This document shows positions 23,319-38,339 of a stretch of 64,000 nt of DNA, piece by piece (the stretch's first letter is position 1; every line of letters begins with the position of its first letter). Below the pieces are notes generated by a model, which did no database searches, was not told the DNA's origin, and saw only the letters and a program-made list of their open reading frames with translations. Origin of the DNA: Phaeosaccion multiseriatum (Eukaryota; Protista; Ochrophyta, other classes); contig OZ218959.1 in NCBI GenBank assembly GCA_965112735.1, positions 248,001-312,000 of the forward strand, written 5' to 3'. Made by a program: the position numbers and the translations under genes.

Positions 23319-26300
23319 CTATTGCCAGAAAGCGGCCACACTCTCAAACGTCTCCCTGGGCTTGAGCAGCTCTAGGCGGAAGCTCTGGGCCTCCTCCCGC
23401 CCCTCCTCCTCCACCCCGTCCTGCTGTAGCACCAACTGCTCACTCAGGTAGCCGTACACCGCCGGCGCGGGTCGGCTGCAGTGCCTGCTGAAGAGCGAGA
23501 GCGTGTTTGCACCTGTATCGTGTAGTACCAACAGGTCCCCTGCCCGCAGCTCCGCAGGCAAAGGCGCCCCTCTGGCCAGGTAGTCCCCTCCGAAGCACAG
23601 CGGCCCCGCCACATCTGTGTTGGCCAATAGCCCGCCCCCTGTCCGCCCCCCTCCTTCTCCTTCTCTTCCTTCTCCTCCTTGTCCACTCGGCTTGTAGGGA
23701 AGGCCCTCGCTGGTGAAGGCGCTGAGGCGATGCGTCGCCATTTGGGGGGCGTAGCACTCCCTCGGGAACAGGTCGGAGCCCCCGTGGGTGATGACAGTGC
23801 GCGTGGCGCCCTCCCCTCCTCCCTCCTCGTTCTCCCTCACGTACTCAACCTTGAGAACGGTAAAGGCCGCCTTCGCCACGAGTGCCCGTCCATACTCCGT
23901 GTACACCGTCCTTCGTGTGTTGCTCCACAGACTCGGCGCCGCCTTCTGCAGCTGATGAGCGTAGTGCGCAAAGGAGGGAGTTACCTCCTCTCCAGCGTAG
24001 TTGGCCGGCAGCCCCCCGCCAATGTCCAGTATGGAGACCCTTCCCTCTCCGAAGGTGGCCTCAATCTCGTCTGCCAATTCTGTAACCGCCTGGGCTCCGC
24101 TCAGCATCTGTTCCAGAGAGCACCCTTGAGAGCCAACGTGCACATGCAGTCCCGTCAGCCAAGGCCAGCGGCTCACGCGCCCACCACGCCCACCACTGCC
24201 TGTATCTCGGTCTGTTCCGAAGGCGGCGATGACGGCCTTGCGACCCTTGTCCGTGAGCGGCACCCCAAACTTGCTGCTGGCGGTACTGACGCTGAGCTCC
24301 GAGATACGGCCTGCACCCACCAGGGGGTTCACACGCAGACCCACACGCAGCGGCTCTTGCCCGTGCTCGGTCCGGCCCTGCCCTATGCAATCCTGCCCCT
24401 GCCCCAAGCGGTGTCGCTCGATGAGACCGGCCACTCGCTCGAGCTCTTCCAGGCTGTTGGCGTTGACGAGCACCCCCCTGGAGAGCGCGAAGAGCAGCTC
24501 TGCCTCCGTCTTGCAGGGCGAGTCAAACACCACCTTCTGCGGCGCGGCCCCTGCCAGCAGCGCCAACCGTACCTCGTTGATGCTCGCACACTCTAGCCCC
24601 AGGGAACGGCCCTGACCCTGACCCTGACCCTGACCCTGACCCTGACCCTTACCCTCGCCCTGTGAGCGCTCACCCTCCTGCCGAGCAGCGCTCACACTGT
24701 CTCTGAGCACAAAGGCCAAAGGGGCGGCCTTCACCGCGAGGCAGTGCTGCCAGTGGGCAGGGAAAGCCGCACATAGCGAGCGCCGCGCCTCGGACAAGGC
24801 GTCCAGAGAGTACACTACCGCAGCGCCGCCCCCCTCGGGACTGTCCAGCGCCGCCATAAGAGCTGCCTCCCCCCCTGGGAAGACCTCTTCGTGCTGCTGC
24901 TGCTGCTGCTGCTGTTGTAGCACCAACTGGCGCGCGGCCGACGGGCCTAACAGGCCTCCGCTTGCCATGTGCTGCAGCACCAGTGGCACGTCCCTGTCGC
25001 GCACCGAGCCGAGGGTATGCGTACTGGCACCAGTTGGTGATACGCCCCTCGCCCCCCTTGCTTGCCCTTCTTGGACGTGCTCGTCTGCCTCGCCCGGCCC
25101 CTGCCTTTGCTTCAGCTCTTGTTTCTGCTCCTGGTCCTGGTCCTCCTCCTTCTTCTGTTGCTTCTCCTCCTGCGCCTTGAGCGTGTGCCAGTGCTTAGCG
25201 ATTAGGCAAAGCTTGTCAACACACAACGCGTCCTGCAGCAGAGAGGCGCGAACAGCCTGCCCCGCCCCCCCCTCTGCTAAGTCGCTCTCCTCCCCTGCAA
25301 CGTTGCCCTCCCCTCCACCCCGGAACCAGCTGGTCACCGTCTCCGCTCCCAAGGCAATGCGTAGCACTGCGAGCGAGGAGCTGCCCAGCTTGACGGGTTG
25401 GCCAAGCAGACATGGCACCTTGGAAACCGCCAGCTCTTGGGCACTCAGAGCCATCTGTCTGCCACCTGCCTCCTCCTTGAGGAGGGTCGGGCTCAGGTCT
25501 TCTCCCAGCAGCTTGTGGACTCGCTTCAGCTGCTCAAACGTCAGAAGCACTTCGGGAGCCGCCGCACAAGCGCCCCCTCCACCACACGAGTTGGTTCGGC
25601 CTTCTGCACTAGTCGGGGGGGGGGGAGGCTCCCTGGACACCTTGACCAGCAGGGACACGATCGAGTTGTCGTCCCCGCAGCGCGAGAGGGGCAGAGAGGG
25701 GAGAGGAGAGAGAGAAGCCGAACAAGAAGAAGAAGAAGAAGAAGAAGAAGAAGAAGAAGAAGAAGAAGAAGAGCAAGAGGGAGAAGAGGGAGAGTGTCCC
25801 CCCCCCTCCTCCTCCTCCTCCTCCTCCTCCTCCTCCGTCTCCGGGTGGCGCTGCTGGTCAGGCAGCACGCTCAGAGCGGGCCATCGGAAGGCTGCAAGCT
25901 GCTGCACCCCTCGCACCCACTGCTGCACACACGCATTGACCTTTGCCGGGGACAAGCTCTGCAGCTCGGTTATCGTGTCCATCGCCGCTGCCCACCGCAG
26001 GCACAGACCAACGTTCCGTTTCGAGCTCGAGCAAAGGGAGGAGGAGGAGGAGGAGGAGGAGGAGGAGGAGGGGAACGAGCCTTCCAGCGCTGTCGCCATT
26101 TGTGGGGCCTCGAACACCGTCATGTAGTCCCTCAGCCCCGCCGGCACTTGTCGCGCCCTCATAGCCTCACTCAGCTCTCTGCCCAGACTGTCTGACGGCA
26201 GAGCCACGGCTCCGCAGAAGGGCGGCCCTCCATAGAACTTGCTGCCCGTAAGTAGCACCAACGCGTCCAGTTGGTGCATCATGTGTGCAAGGGCGGAGAG

Positions 26301-28487
26301 CTCGGTGCGCAGCTGGCAGGCGTCGATGACCACGAGCAGACGGGCGCCGTGCTGCCGCTTCAGGTCCCTCACGAGGTTGGGGTCCGGGTGGCACAGACCC
26401 GTCTTGCTACCCAACACCAGGTGGAGCACCACCACGCGATGCGGGGCATCTGTGAGCGCAGCGGCCACCGCGGTAGACACCTCCCGGCGCCGCTCTGTGT
26501 ACCCGCCCGTTGCGTCTCGCGTGGGCATGGCCAGAACCTGCACCTCTCTCTCCTTCATGCCCTCCAGCAACACCCCGCTGCGGAGCCCCCTGCCCGACGG
26601 AGCAAGGGCGCTGAAGTGCTTCCCTCCCGCCGCGTTGGCTGTCCCGCTACCCACCTCTCCCCCCGCACACACAATCGACGTGACGAGGGGGAAGGAGCTG
26701 GAGGTGTCATCGGTCGTGCCAGGATTTCCCAAGAGGCGAAGGGCGCGGTGCCTAGCCAGCAACATAGGGATGAACTCGGCGTCCGACCCCGAGGGGGTGA
26801 GGAGGCATTGAGTGCCCATAGGACTGGTGCCGCTGCTGCTGCTGTTTCCGTTGCCATCGACATGAGCAGCGGAAGGAGTGCTCCCACCATTCCTCCGTCC
26901 ACTACCACTGCCGCCGCGGACGCCCTTGCTCGCATGGCTCGCCACGACCACGCCCACCGCCTCATCCTCGTCCTGCTGCTCTGGCAGCCCCGCCCCGCCA
27001 CCCGAAGGGATGGCAGCCAACGGAATGGTAGAGGGAGTAGGAGTGAGCAGCTGCGCGAGCTCGGAGGCGATAGCGGCGGTGCACTGAGCGAAACCGTCGC
27101 TGCCCTCTCTCACGCACTCCAAGAGGAGGCGCTCTCGAAGTCGGTCCGCCCTGTCGAAGCCCTCCTTGCTCACAGTATTGCAGGTGCAGGAGGACCGCAG
27201 CACGGCCCCCTGGTGTGGGTGCGGGTGCGGCCTACCATGGTACTTGTTGGTCCTTTTGCCAGCCGCATAGTCCACAGTCGTTCTATCGTCCCCACCCGAG
27301 GACAGGAGGCGCTCTGTGCGCACGGCGTAAGGCTTGGCGAGCAGAAAGGCCTCCACCAGCGCTTCGGGCAGAGCCGAGGCGGGGCCCAGCTTGGCGCGTC
27401 CCCCCTGGGAGAGTGCGTCTAAGGTTTCTGCAGCGGTGTCGGTGAGGGGGAAGCCCCGGGCCTGCAAGCGCGTTAGCAAGGCCGCCTCCTCCTGGTCGGG
27501 ATGCCGCTCCAACTCTGCGGGGGAGTAAGTGGACAGGTAGGAAAGACGAAGGTGGTCCAGCAGCAGACCCAGCAGATTCGCTCCCAGGGTGTTGTTGTTG
27601 TTGTTGTTGTTGTTGTTGTCATCATGGTCCGCGTCACTGGCATGTTCAGTGTCACTGCCCTCCTCCTCCTCCTCCTCCTCCTCCTCCTCCTGGTTGGGGG
27701 ACTTGTTGTTGGGTCTGCCCTTCTCGCCCTTCTTGTTGCCTCCTCCCCTGCTCCTAGCGGCCACCTGCATGCACGCAGCCTCCAGACTGAGCGAGTCAAG
27801 TCGCTCGAACATGTCGAGGGCGCCGCTCCTCGTGCCAAGGTCCAGGGAGCCTTGCAAGTCCTTGGGGCTGCCGTGCCTTTGCCACATGGGGAGCAATTCA
27901 GGCAGCATGTCCAAGGCCTTTCCTTCTAATGCCTCGCCCTCCGCCTCCTCCTGCTGCCGCTGGTGGTGGTGGTGCTGCTTGTGGTGATGATGGTGCTGCT
28001 GCTGCCGACCTTGGAGCGGGGCGGGGGGGGAGGGCTGCCGTCTGGGCCTGCCAAGGGCCGCTGTGCTGAGCTCAACCACGAACGAGTCACCCTTCCTAAT
28101 GCTGGCAGTGGGTAGCACCTCCCTTCCGAGGTCTCCGTGCAGGCTTGCGGGAAGGCGGGAGCCATCCTCGACAGCGACAGACATGTCTGTCGTCAAAGAA
28201 GCTGGTGCCCGACGTGCCCACTCTGGCTGGAAGGTCAGGTCCGACAGGTCCTCTGTGGAGCGAGGCTCGACTCCTTGCACTTGTGCAGACTGAGAGACCC
28301 TGCTTGGAGGGAGAGGTATCAGGTGGAGCCAACGACAGGGGTGGGGGGAGAGGGATGGGCGGACGGCCCTTGAGTGTTGAAGTCGTTCACTTAACCGTCC
28401 GAGGTCGGCAGGGGACAAAAAAGATATTGCAAAGAGCAGGAAGCAAACAGAGTGGAGCAGCGCCGCAGAAAGAGTACCCCGCAGCAT
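23319..28487 (-). CDS. Fusion protein: fold-type-I PLP-dependent (class V aminotransferase/Cys-desulfurase-like) domain + diaminopimelate/ornithine decarboxylase-like (fold-type III) domain
   Basis: Uninterrupted 1722-aa ORF. Domain 1 has SSCTCN, LLTPSGSDAE, VIDACQLR, LLTGSKFYGGPPFCGA and LGQPV. Domain 2 has AVKAAPL, ECASINE, FDSPCKT, NANSLEEL, GLRVNP, SKFG, GLHVHVGSQ, LDIGGG, TEYGRAL, AGPLCFGGD and HDTGA. The 5' end is uncertain (acceptor-like site near 28300). Confidence 0.85.
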   Translation of the reverse strand: MLRGTLSAALLHSVCFLLFAISFLSPADLGRLSERLQHSRAVRPSLSPHPCRWLHLIPLPPSRVSQSAQVQGVEPRSTEDLSDLTFQPEWARRAPASLTTDMSVAVEDGSRLPASLHGDLGREVLPTASIRKGDSFVVELSTAALGRPRRQPSPPAPLQGRQQQHHHHHKQHHHHQRQQEEAEGEALEGKALDMLPELLPMWQRHGSPKDLQGSLDLGTRSGALDMFERLDSLSLEAACMQVAARSRGGGNKKGEKGRPNNKSPNQEEEEEEEEEEGSDTEHASDADHDDNNNNNNNNNTLGANLLGLLLDHLRLSYLSTYSPAELERHPDQEEAALLTRLQARGFPLTDTAAETLDALSQGGRAKLGPASALPEALVEAFLLAKPYAVRTERLLSSGGDDRTTVDYAAGKRTNKYHGRPHPHPHQGAVLRSSCTCNTVSKEGFDRADRLRERLLLECVREGSDGFAQCTAAIASELAQLLTPTPSTIPLAAIPSGGGAGLPEQQDEDEAVGVVVASHASKGVRGGSGSGRRNGGSTPSAAHVDGNGNSSSSGTSPMGTQCLLTPSGSDAEFIPMLLARHRALRLLGNPGTTDDTSSSFPLVTSIVCAGGEVGSGTANAAGGKHFSALAPSGRGLRSGVLLEGMKEREVQVLAMPTRDATGGYTERRREVSTAVAAALTDAPHRVVVLHLVLGSKTGLCHPDPNLVRDLKRQHGARLLVVIDACQLRTELSALAHMMHQLDALVLLTGSKFYGGPPFCGAVALPSDSLGRELSEAMRARQVPAGLRDYMTVFEAPQMATALEGSFPSSSSSSSSSSSLCSSSKRNVGLCLRWAAAMDTITELQSLSPAKVNACVQQWVRGVQQLAAFRWPALSVLPDQQRHPETEEEEEEEEEEGGGHSPSSPSCSSSSSSSSSSSSSSSSCSASLSPLPSLPLSRCGDDNSIVSLLVKVSREPPPPPTSAEGRTNSCGGGGACAAAPEVLLTFEQLKRVHKLLGEDLSPTLLKEEAGGRQMALSAQELAVSKVPCLLGQPVKLGSSSLAVLRIALGAETVTSWFRGGGEGNVAGEESDLAEGGAGQAVRASLLQDALCVDKLCLIAKHWHTLKAQEEKQQKKEEDQDQEQKQELKQRQGPGEADEHVQEGQARGARGVSPTGASTHTLGSVRDRDVPLVLQHMASGGLLGPSAARQLVLQQQQQQQQHEEVFPGGEAALMAALDSPEGGGAAVVYSLDALSEARRSLCAAFPAHWQHCLAVKAAPLAFVLRDSVSAARQEGERSQGEGKGQGQGQGQGQGQGRSLGLECASINEVRLALLAGAAPQKVVFDSPCKTEAELLFALSRGVLVNANSLEELERVAGLIERHRLGQGQDCIGQGRTEHGQEPLRVGLRVNPLVGAGRISELSVSTASSKFGVPLTDKGRKAVIAAFGTDRDTGSGGRGGRVSRWPWLTGLHVHVGSQGCSLEQMLSGAQAVTELADEIEATFGEGRVSILDIGGGLPANYAGEEVTPSFAHYAHQLQKAAPSLWSNTRRTVYTEYGRALVAKAAFTVLKVEYVRENEEGGGEGATRTVITHGGSDLFPRECYAPQMATHRLSAFTSEGLPYKPSGQGGEGREGEGGGRTGGGLLANTDVAGPLCFGGDYLARGAPLPAELRAGDLLVLHDTGANTLSLFSRHCSRPAPAVYGYLSEQLVLQQDGVEEEGREEAQSFRLELLKPRETFESVAAFWQ

Positions 28488-28992
28488 AGTATACCAGACG
28501 GATTGGCTGAGTACACATCTCCCTCGCCCCTGCAGCAGACCACGACCACCGCATCAAAAGAACCGATCACTTGGCATGTTCTCTGACGGACTTTTCTCTC
28601 CCGACAGTTCATCCTGCTCCCTCGGACGTTGATACAAGCAACTGCACCCACCTTTGCTAGCGCTGTGCTATACTTGTATCGCGTTGCGCCCTCCCTTTAG
28701 CACTCGTTCCGTTGTGGATGACGGGTGGGGGCCATCGGAGGGAACGTTAAAGTTTGGGATTATCAACCTTTAACTCAAACTAATCGTAACTGTAACCTCC
28801 TTGGCCTTTCTCCCTTCCTCGCCCTGCTTGTTGCTCTGTCTGGTGAGTACACCCTCGCGTAGATTGTCTACAGCCGCAATAGCAGTAGTAGGAGCAGCAG
28901 CAGCAGCAGGAGGAGGAGGAGGAGCAATAGGAGCAAGAGGAGCAGGGGAGAGGAACGGGGAGAAGGGGGGGTGGAGAGGGGCAGAAGCAGCC

Positions 28993-33109
<4,117 letters not shown>

Positions 33110-33618
33110 GGACCTGCACGAGCCTAAGCATCTTACGTAACTACTTGATATACGTCCCTCCAGGGGAGAAGACAGACGGCAGTGGAAGGAACGGTGCTGT
33201 GGTGTGCACCCCAATTGTAAATCGAAGCCCCCCTAATAATATTATGATCAGCCCTTAAGTATATAAAAGTTAACAACTACGCTTCTTACGTAAGTACTTC
33301 ATTCAGTCACCCGGATGATGTAATTGCCGCTCGCGGAGGGCCCTGCTCAGGCCGCCAATATTGTGTTTCCCCTCCCTCCTCTCCCCTCCCCTCCCCTCCC
33401 CTCCCCTCCCCTCTGCTGTCCTTGCTTGTTCCTAATGCGTATGTTTCTACTCGATTTGTTTCTTGTACCCCCCGTCCTCCTTTAGAGCGGCAGCTTCCTC
33501 CAAGACAACCGCCTCTGCGCCCGGCCACACACACACACACGCACACACGCACACACACACACACACACACGCACAACCAACAAGAGAGACGTCGCGGCGA
33601 GAGGCGCTAAACCTCCCG

Positions 33619-33708
33619 GCTCCACATTCCCCCTGCTGTCAGCTCCACATTCCCCCTGCTGTCAGCTCCACATTCCCCCTGCTGTCAGCTCCACATTCCC
33701 CCTGCTGT
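33619..33708. repeat. 23-bp tandem repeat (CTCCACATTCCCCCTGCTGTCAG) x~4
   Basis: Directly visible just downstream of the stop codon of the minus-strand Myb/Zn-finger gene. Confidence 0.9.
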
Positions 33709-33716
33709 TAGAATAC

Positions 33717-33878
33717 TCAACATTCCCCCCTCCCGCCGCTACCGCTGCCTGTCTGACCTTCCCCCCTGGGAGGTGACGGACTTGTGCTCTGCAGGGGGGG
33801 AGAGAGGTGCGGCGGAATGAGGCCCAGGGGGGGCGAGTGCGGCTCCAGCCCCTCCAGTCCCCCCCCCCCCTGAGCGGC

Positions 33879-33918
<40 letters not shown>

Positions 33919-36180
33919 GCCAACAGATGCGTCGCCAAGCTCCTCCTTGCGAAGGTACTAGGAGGAAGTCCCCCCCGAAGGACCGGTCGCTGCTGCTGCC
34001 CCTGCTGCCCCTGCTGCCCCTGCTGCCCCTGCTGCTCCTGCTGCTCAGAGTCCAAGCCTCGCTCTCCGAGTGGGCCTGCGCCTCTGCTCCCCTCTCTCGC
34101 CGTCCCCGCCCCCCCCCCTCCGTAGTCCCCCAGTTCGTCGCCCTCGCTTGCCCAGGAGGGCGGGCCGAGGAAGGAGGTGAGCAAGGCCGCGGTGCCGTTG
34201 CTCCCTTGTGAAGCGCTACTCCCTCCACTGTCGCTCTGCTCATGCCTTATGCCCGGGCCACCCCGTCCAACAACCGCGCCCTCCCCCCGCACCTGCTGCT
34301 GCTCCGAGTCCCCCCCTGGGGAGTGCCCATGCAGATGCTCTGAGCCCTGAGCCTGAGACTGGAGTAGGTCCTGACACTGCTCCTCCGTCCTTCCGGGCAT
34401 GTGTGCTGCAATGAGGTCGATGCGGTTGCCGAAGAAGCGAACGACCTCACGCAGTCGGGCCTCCTCGTCGCTCTCCCACGGCCTAAGAGACATCGAGGGA
34501 GGGGGACATCAGGGTCAGGGTCAAGGTTCAAGGCCGGGGTCAGGGCCAGGGTCCGTTTAAAGGGTAAGGGTGGAGGTGAGGGTCAGCGTCAGGGCGGCTG
34601 GGCACACGCACACACGACCCGCCGCCTGCCTTCTCTCGCCACCCCTCGCGTCCTCTCCGGTCAACTCCCTCCCTTCCCAACTCACTCCCCTACTCTCCCC
34701 GACTCTCCCTCCCTCCCACCCCACCCCACCCCGCCCCGTCTGCTGCCATCTGCCTGTCGGCTCACCTGTCGGGCTGGTCCTCAGCCGAGGAGGCCCAAAA
34801 GTGAAGCTTGCACTGCTGTGCGCTGCGAATCCTCCCCGTGGTCGTGGACAGGCGCCTCGCCACTTCTGTCCAGCCCCCCCCCGCTGCTCCTGCTCCTCCT
34901 CCTCCTGTCGCCCCCCCAGTGGAGTCGCTGCCGCCCCTACTCGCCTCCACAGCCTCTAGCAGGGCGCTGGTCTGCTCTATGGTCCATTCGTCGGGCCGAT
35001 ATTCTTCGGGTCGATAAGCCTGCGCGAAACTTGCCAAGTCCAAAGCACCCTCCCCCCCGGGGCCCTCCTCCTCCCCTCCTCTATACACGCCAGCAGTCCC
35101 GGTGGCCCCAGCCGCCGCACCGCTCCTCCCGACCAACCCCGCCACCCCTGACCCAGGCAATGGCTGTGCTGCTCCTATGGGATCCACTCCTCTAGTGACA
35201 GCCCTGCTTGGCCTCGTTCTCGCGCCCCCCCTCCCTCCTGCATGCTCGGCCGCATTGTCGTCCGTCGGCTCCCTCTTGACCTCCCCCCTCCCTCCCCTGG
35301 CGGTGCTCCCTAACGCTGACCCTCCTCCTCCTCCTCCTCCTCCTCCTCCTCGTCCTTCTTCATAGGAAGAGGAGTACAAAGGTGAGGCACGGGAATATTC
35401 ATCCTGACCGTCACCTTGACCGCCAATGTCCTGCTGCTCTTGGTGCTGGTGCTGCGGCTCATGGTGCAGTTGATGATGCGAGGAGGGCCCCCCCATCCCC
35501 GCCCCTGCCACCCCCCTGTCGCCATAGTGGGACCGAGGAGCAGCGAGGGGGGGTGGGGCCCTCTCAGGGCGCGATGACAGAGCGGATACCGCCGCGGGCC
35601 GAGATGATAGGGCGGCCCCGCCCGTGAAGGTTGACAGGGACGCCTGCAGTGAAGCGGGGAGATCTGCTCCAACGGCTTTCCGTTTCTGTAAAGCGAGAGA
35701 GAGGGAAATAGACAAAGGGGGGGGGGTGAGGGGGCGAGAGAGAGAGAGAGGGAGAGAGGAACGGAGTGAGTGAGAGAGAGAGAGACAGAGAGAGAGGGAG
35801 TGAGAGAGAGACAGAAGGAGAGACAGAGAGATAAGAGAGAGAGACGGAGTGAGGGAGAAGGGGCACGGCGCGGACACATTTAGAGCCCGCCCGGCACTCA
35901 CTCACCACTCCTTTGCCCCGGCGCTTGCCCGACGGAACGTGATTGTGCTTCTTCTGGTGCTTCTGGATCTTCTCCAGTTGGTGGTGGTGGAAGCGCATGT
36001 TCTTCTTCGCTCCGTCCTTGTGGCGGTGGTCACAGATGGCTGAGGCACGAGTGAGAAAGAGAGAGCGAGTGAACGAGTAAGGCGAAGGGCGGAAGCTCGG
36101 CCACGGAAGCTCGGCCAGGGAGTGGTGGGCACACAGGGGAAGGAAGAGCAACATTCTCGACAGGGCATTCCATGTGATAC

Positions 36181-36230
<50 letters not shown>

Positions 36231-37246
36231 GCACACACACGCACTCCCCCACTCCTTCTCAATTCATGCCGTCTGTCCGTCCGTCTGGGTCAGAGACATG
36301 AAACAAGCACCGCCCCTTTCATACCCTTTCATACCCTTACATACCCTTACATACCCATACATACCATGGTAGTGCTTCCGAGTGGCGCTGTGAGTGATAG
36401 GGTCTCTGTAAACGCAGTCCTCGGCATCGCACCTCGCCAGCCGAGGACACACAATCCAAAGGTCCGGGTCCATGTCGAAGGGTCGCGTACGTCGTGTCGT
36501 GGTCTTGGTTGGGGTCTCCCCGCCCCCCCCCAAGCTGTCCTCCATGCTCGCGGCGCTGTCCGTCCTACTCAGGCTGCGGCCGCTGCTGTTGCGCCCCCTC
36601 AGGCCCTGCCCCCCCCCTGCGCCTGCCCCTGCTCCTGCTCCAGTGACATCCTGCGCTGCAACTGCCGCCGCTGCTGTCGGTACCGCCGTTGACCCATGCG
36701 CTGCCGCGGCTCCTTCCCCCCGCCCCCCCGCCGCTGCTGTCGTCTTCTTTGCCGTAGACCTCCCTCGCCTGCTCGCCGTTGCAGGCGTGTGCGTGGGCAG
36801 GGGCTGGTAGAGCTCATCCTCATCCTCCTGCTCCTGCCCGCCCCCGCCACTCGTAAACCCACCCCCCTCAAAGCCCCGTTGCCCTGGTCGGGGGCTTTGC
36901 TGTGTCTGCTGTGTCTGCTGTGTCTGCTGTGTCTGGTGTGTCTGGCGTGTCTGGTTGTCTGTATCGTCACCCCCTCCTCCCCTCCCCGCCCCCCCACGCC
37001 CCCCCGCTGCGCCGCCCCCAATGCCGCCGGTAGTGGCACCACCTCCTCCTCCTCCTGCTCCGCCCATACTGCCCCACTCCCACCCCGGAAGCTGCTGCTG
37101 CTGCTGCATGCCCATTCCCTCGTCGTGCAGGGGCAGGTATGGCTGCTGCGGGCCCCTCGCCCCCATCCCCGCCTGGCTGCTGCCCATATGACTGCTGAGA
37201 GGACTCGTGGCAGGCTCTGAGGCCCGCCGCCCCCGCTGCCGATAGA

Positions 37247-37292
<46 letters not shown>

Positions 37293-38339
37293 AGTGTGAG
37301 TGTGCATGTGCAGGTCGGGCTGCGAGTAGCGGCGGCGCTGATGAGGAGGTTGAGACTCCGGCGAGCGCTGCCCTTCTCGCTGAGCGGAGCCCCCCCCGGT
37401 GGGAGCAGGCCGCTTCTGCCCGCCGCCGCCGGATCCCGCACCTCCTCCTGCTCCCGTGGAGGGCGTGGAACGCGAGCTCAGCAGCAAGTGGGCCAGCTCG
37501 TCGGAGGGGCTGCTGGTATTGGGGGGCATCTTGCTTGGGTCAGGGGAGAAGCGCTGGTGTTGGTGGTACGGCTGGTAGGACGACTGCTGCTCGTCGAGGA
37601 GCATCGGCTCAGCGGCACGATGCGCTGACAAGGGAAGGGTCAGCTGCTGCTGCTGCTGCTGCTGGTGGTGGTGGTGGTGCATATACTGGCCGTGCTCTAC
37701 GTGCGTATGTTGTTGTTGCTGCGGCTGGTATTGCTGGTACTGATGCTGGTGCTGTGGTGGGTGTTCCTGAGCCTGCCTGTGGTATTGCTGCTGCTGGTCG
37801 TGTGCAGCCGCTCCTCCCGACAAATCCCACTCGCCGTCCGACAGGGAAGCGTAGCGCGAGTGTAAGCCACCCATCCCGTCGTTGCCAGGGTCCAAAGAGA
37901 AGTTCAGCTGGTCGGTTTGCTGCCGATAAAAACTGAGCGGCGGTTGGGGAGACGCCGAATAGCCAATGTGCTGCTGATGCTGTATCGCCAACTGCTCTCC
38001 TCTGTGCTGGTACTGACGATATGGCTGCTGGTGGAGCTGGGGCTGCTGCATATGCGCTGCCGCCGCTGCTGCGCCCCCCGCCGCTGAGCCGGATGACCCC
38101 GCCACCTCCGCAAACATGTCTGAGGGAGAGGAGTTTCCCCTGAAGGTCGGCGGCGATGCCACTCCCCCCCCTTCCCCCCCTCGCCCCCCTCCGCCGCCAG
38201 CGTCAGGTGCAAACATGCCTGCAGCGCCCTGCTCTGCGAGATCCGAGGACGCTGCGGCGGGGGACATCGCTGGGTGGACATTTTGCTGCTCACCCTCACC
38301 TGCCGTCGCTCCGGGCAGAGCCGCCCGGCTGTCGCTCAT
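33717..38339 (-). CDS. Q/G-rich putative transcription factor with a Cys/His Zn-finger-like module and two Myb/SANT-like repeats
   Basis: Exons 36365-38339, 35906-36039, 34766-35685 and 33717-34482 are phase-consistent. Myb-like segments: EWTIEQTSALLEAV...WTEVARRL...RSAQQCKLHFW and PWESDEEARLREVVRFFGNRIDLIAAHMPGRTEEQCQD. Confidence 0.75.

Noticed and set aside
24611-24655. Telomere-like (CCCTGA)n tract
   Set aside because: It lies in frame within the PLP fusion and encodes a GQ dipeptide repeat.
23319-28487. Lack of introns as proof of recent HGT or retroposition
   Set aside because: Bdp1 and the CaMK are also intronless here, and the ORF carries host-typical homopolymer inserts, so intron absence alone is not evidence.
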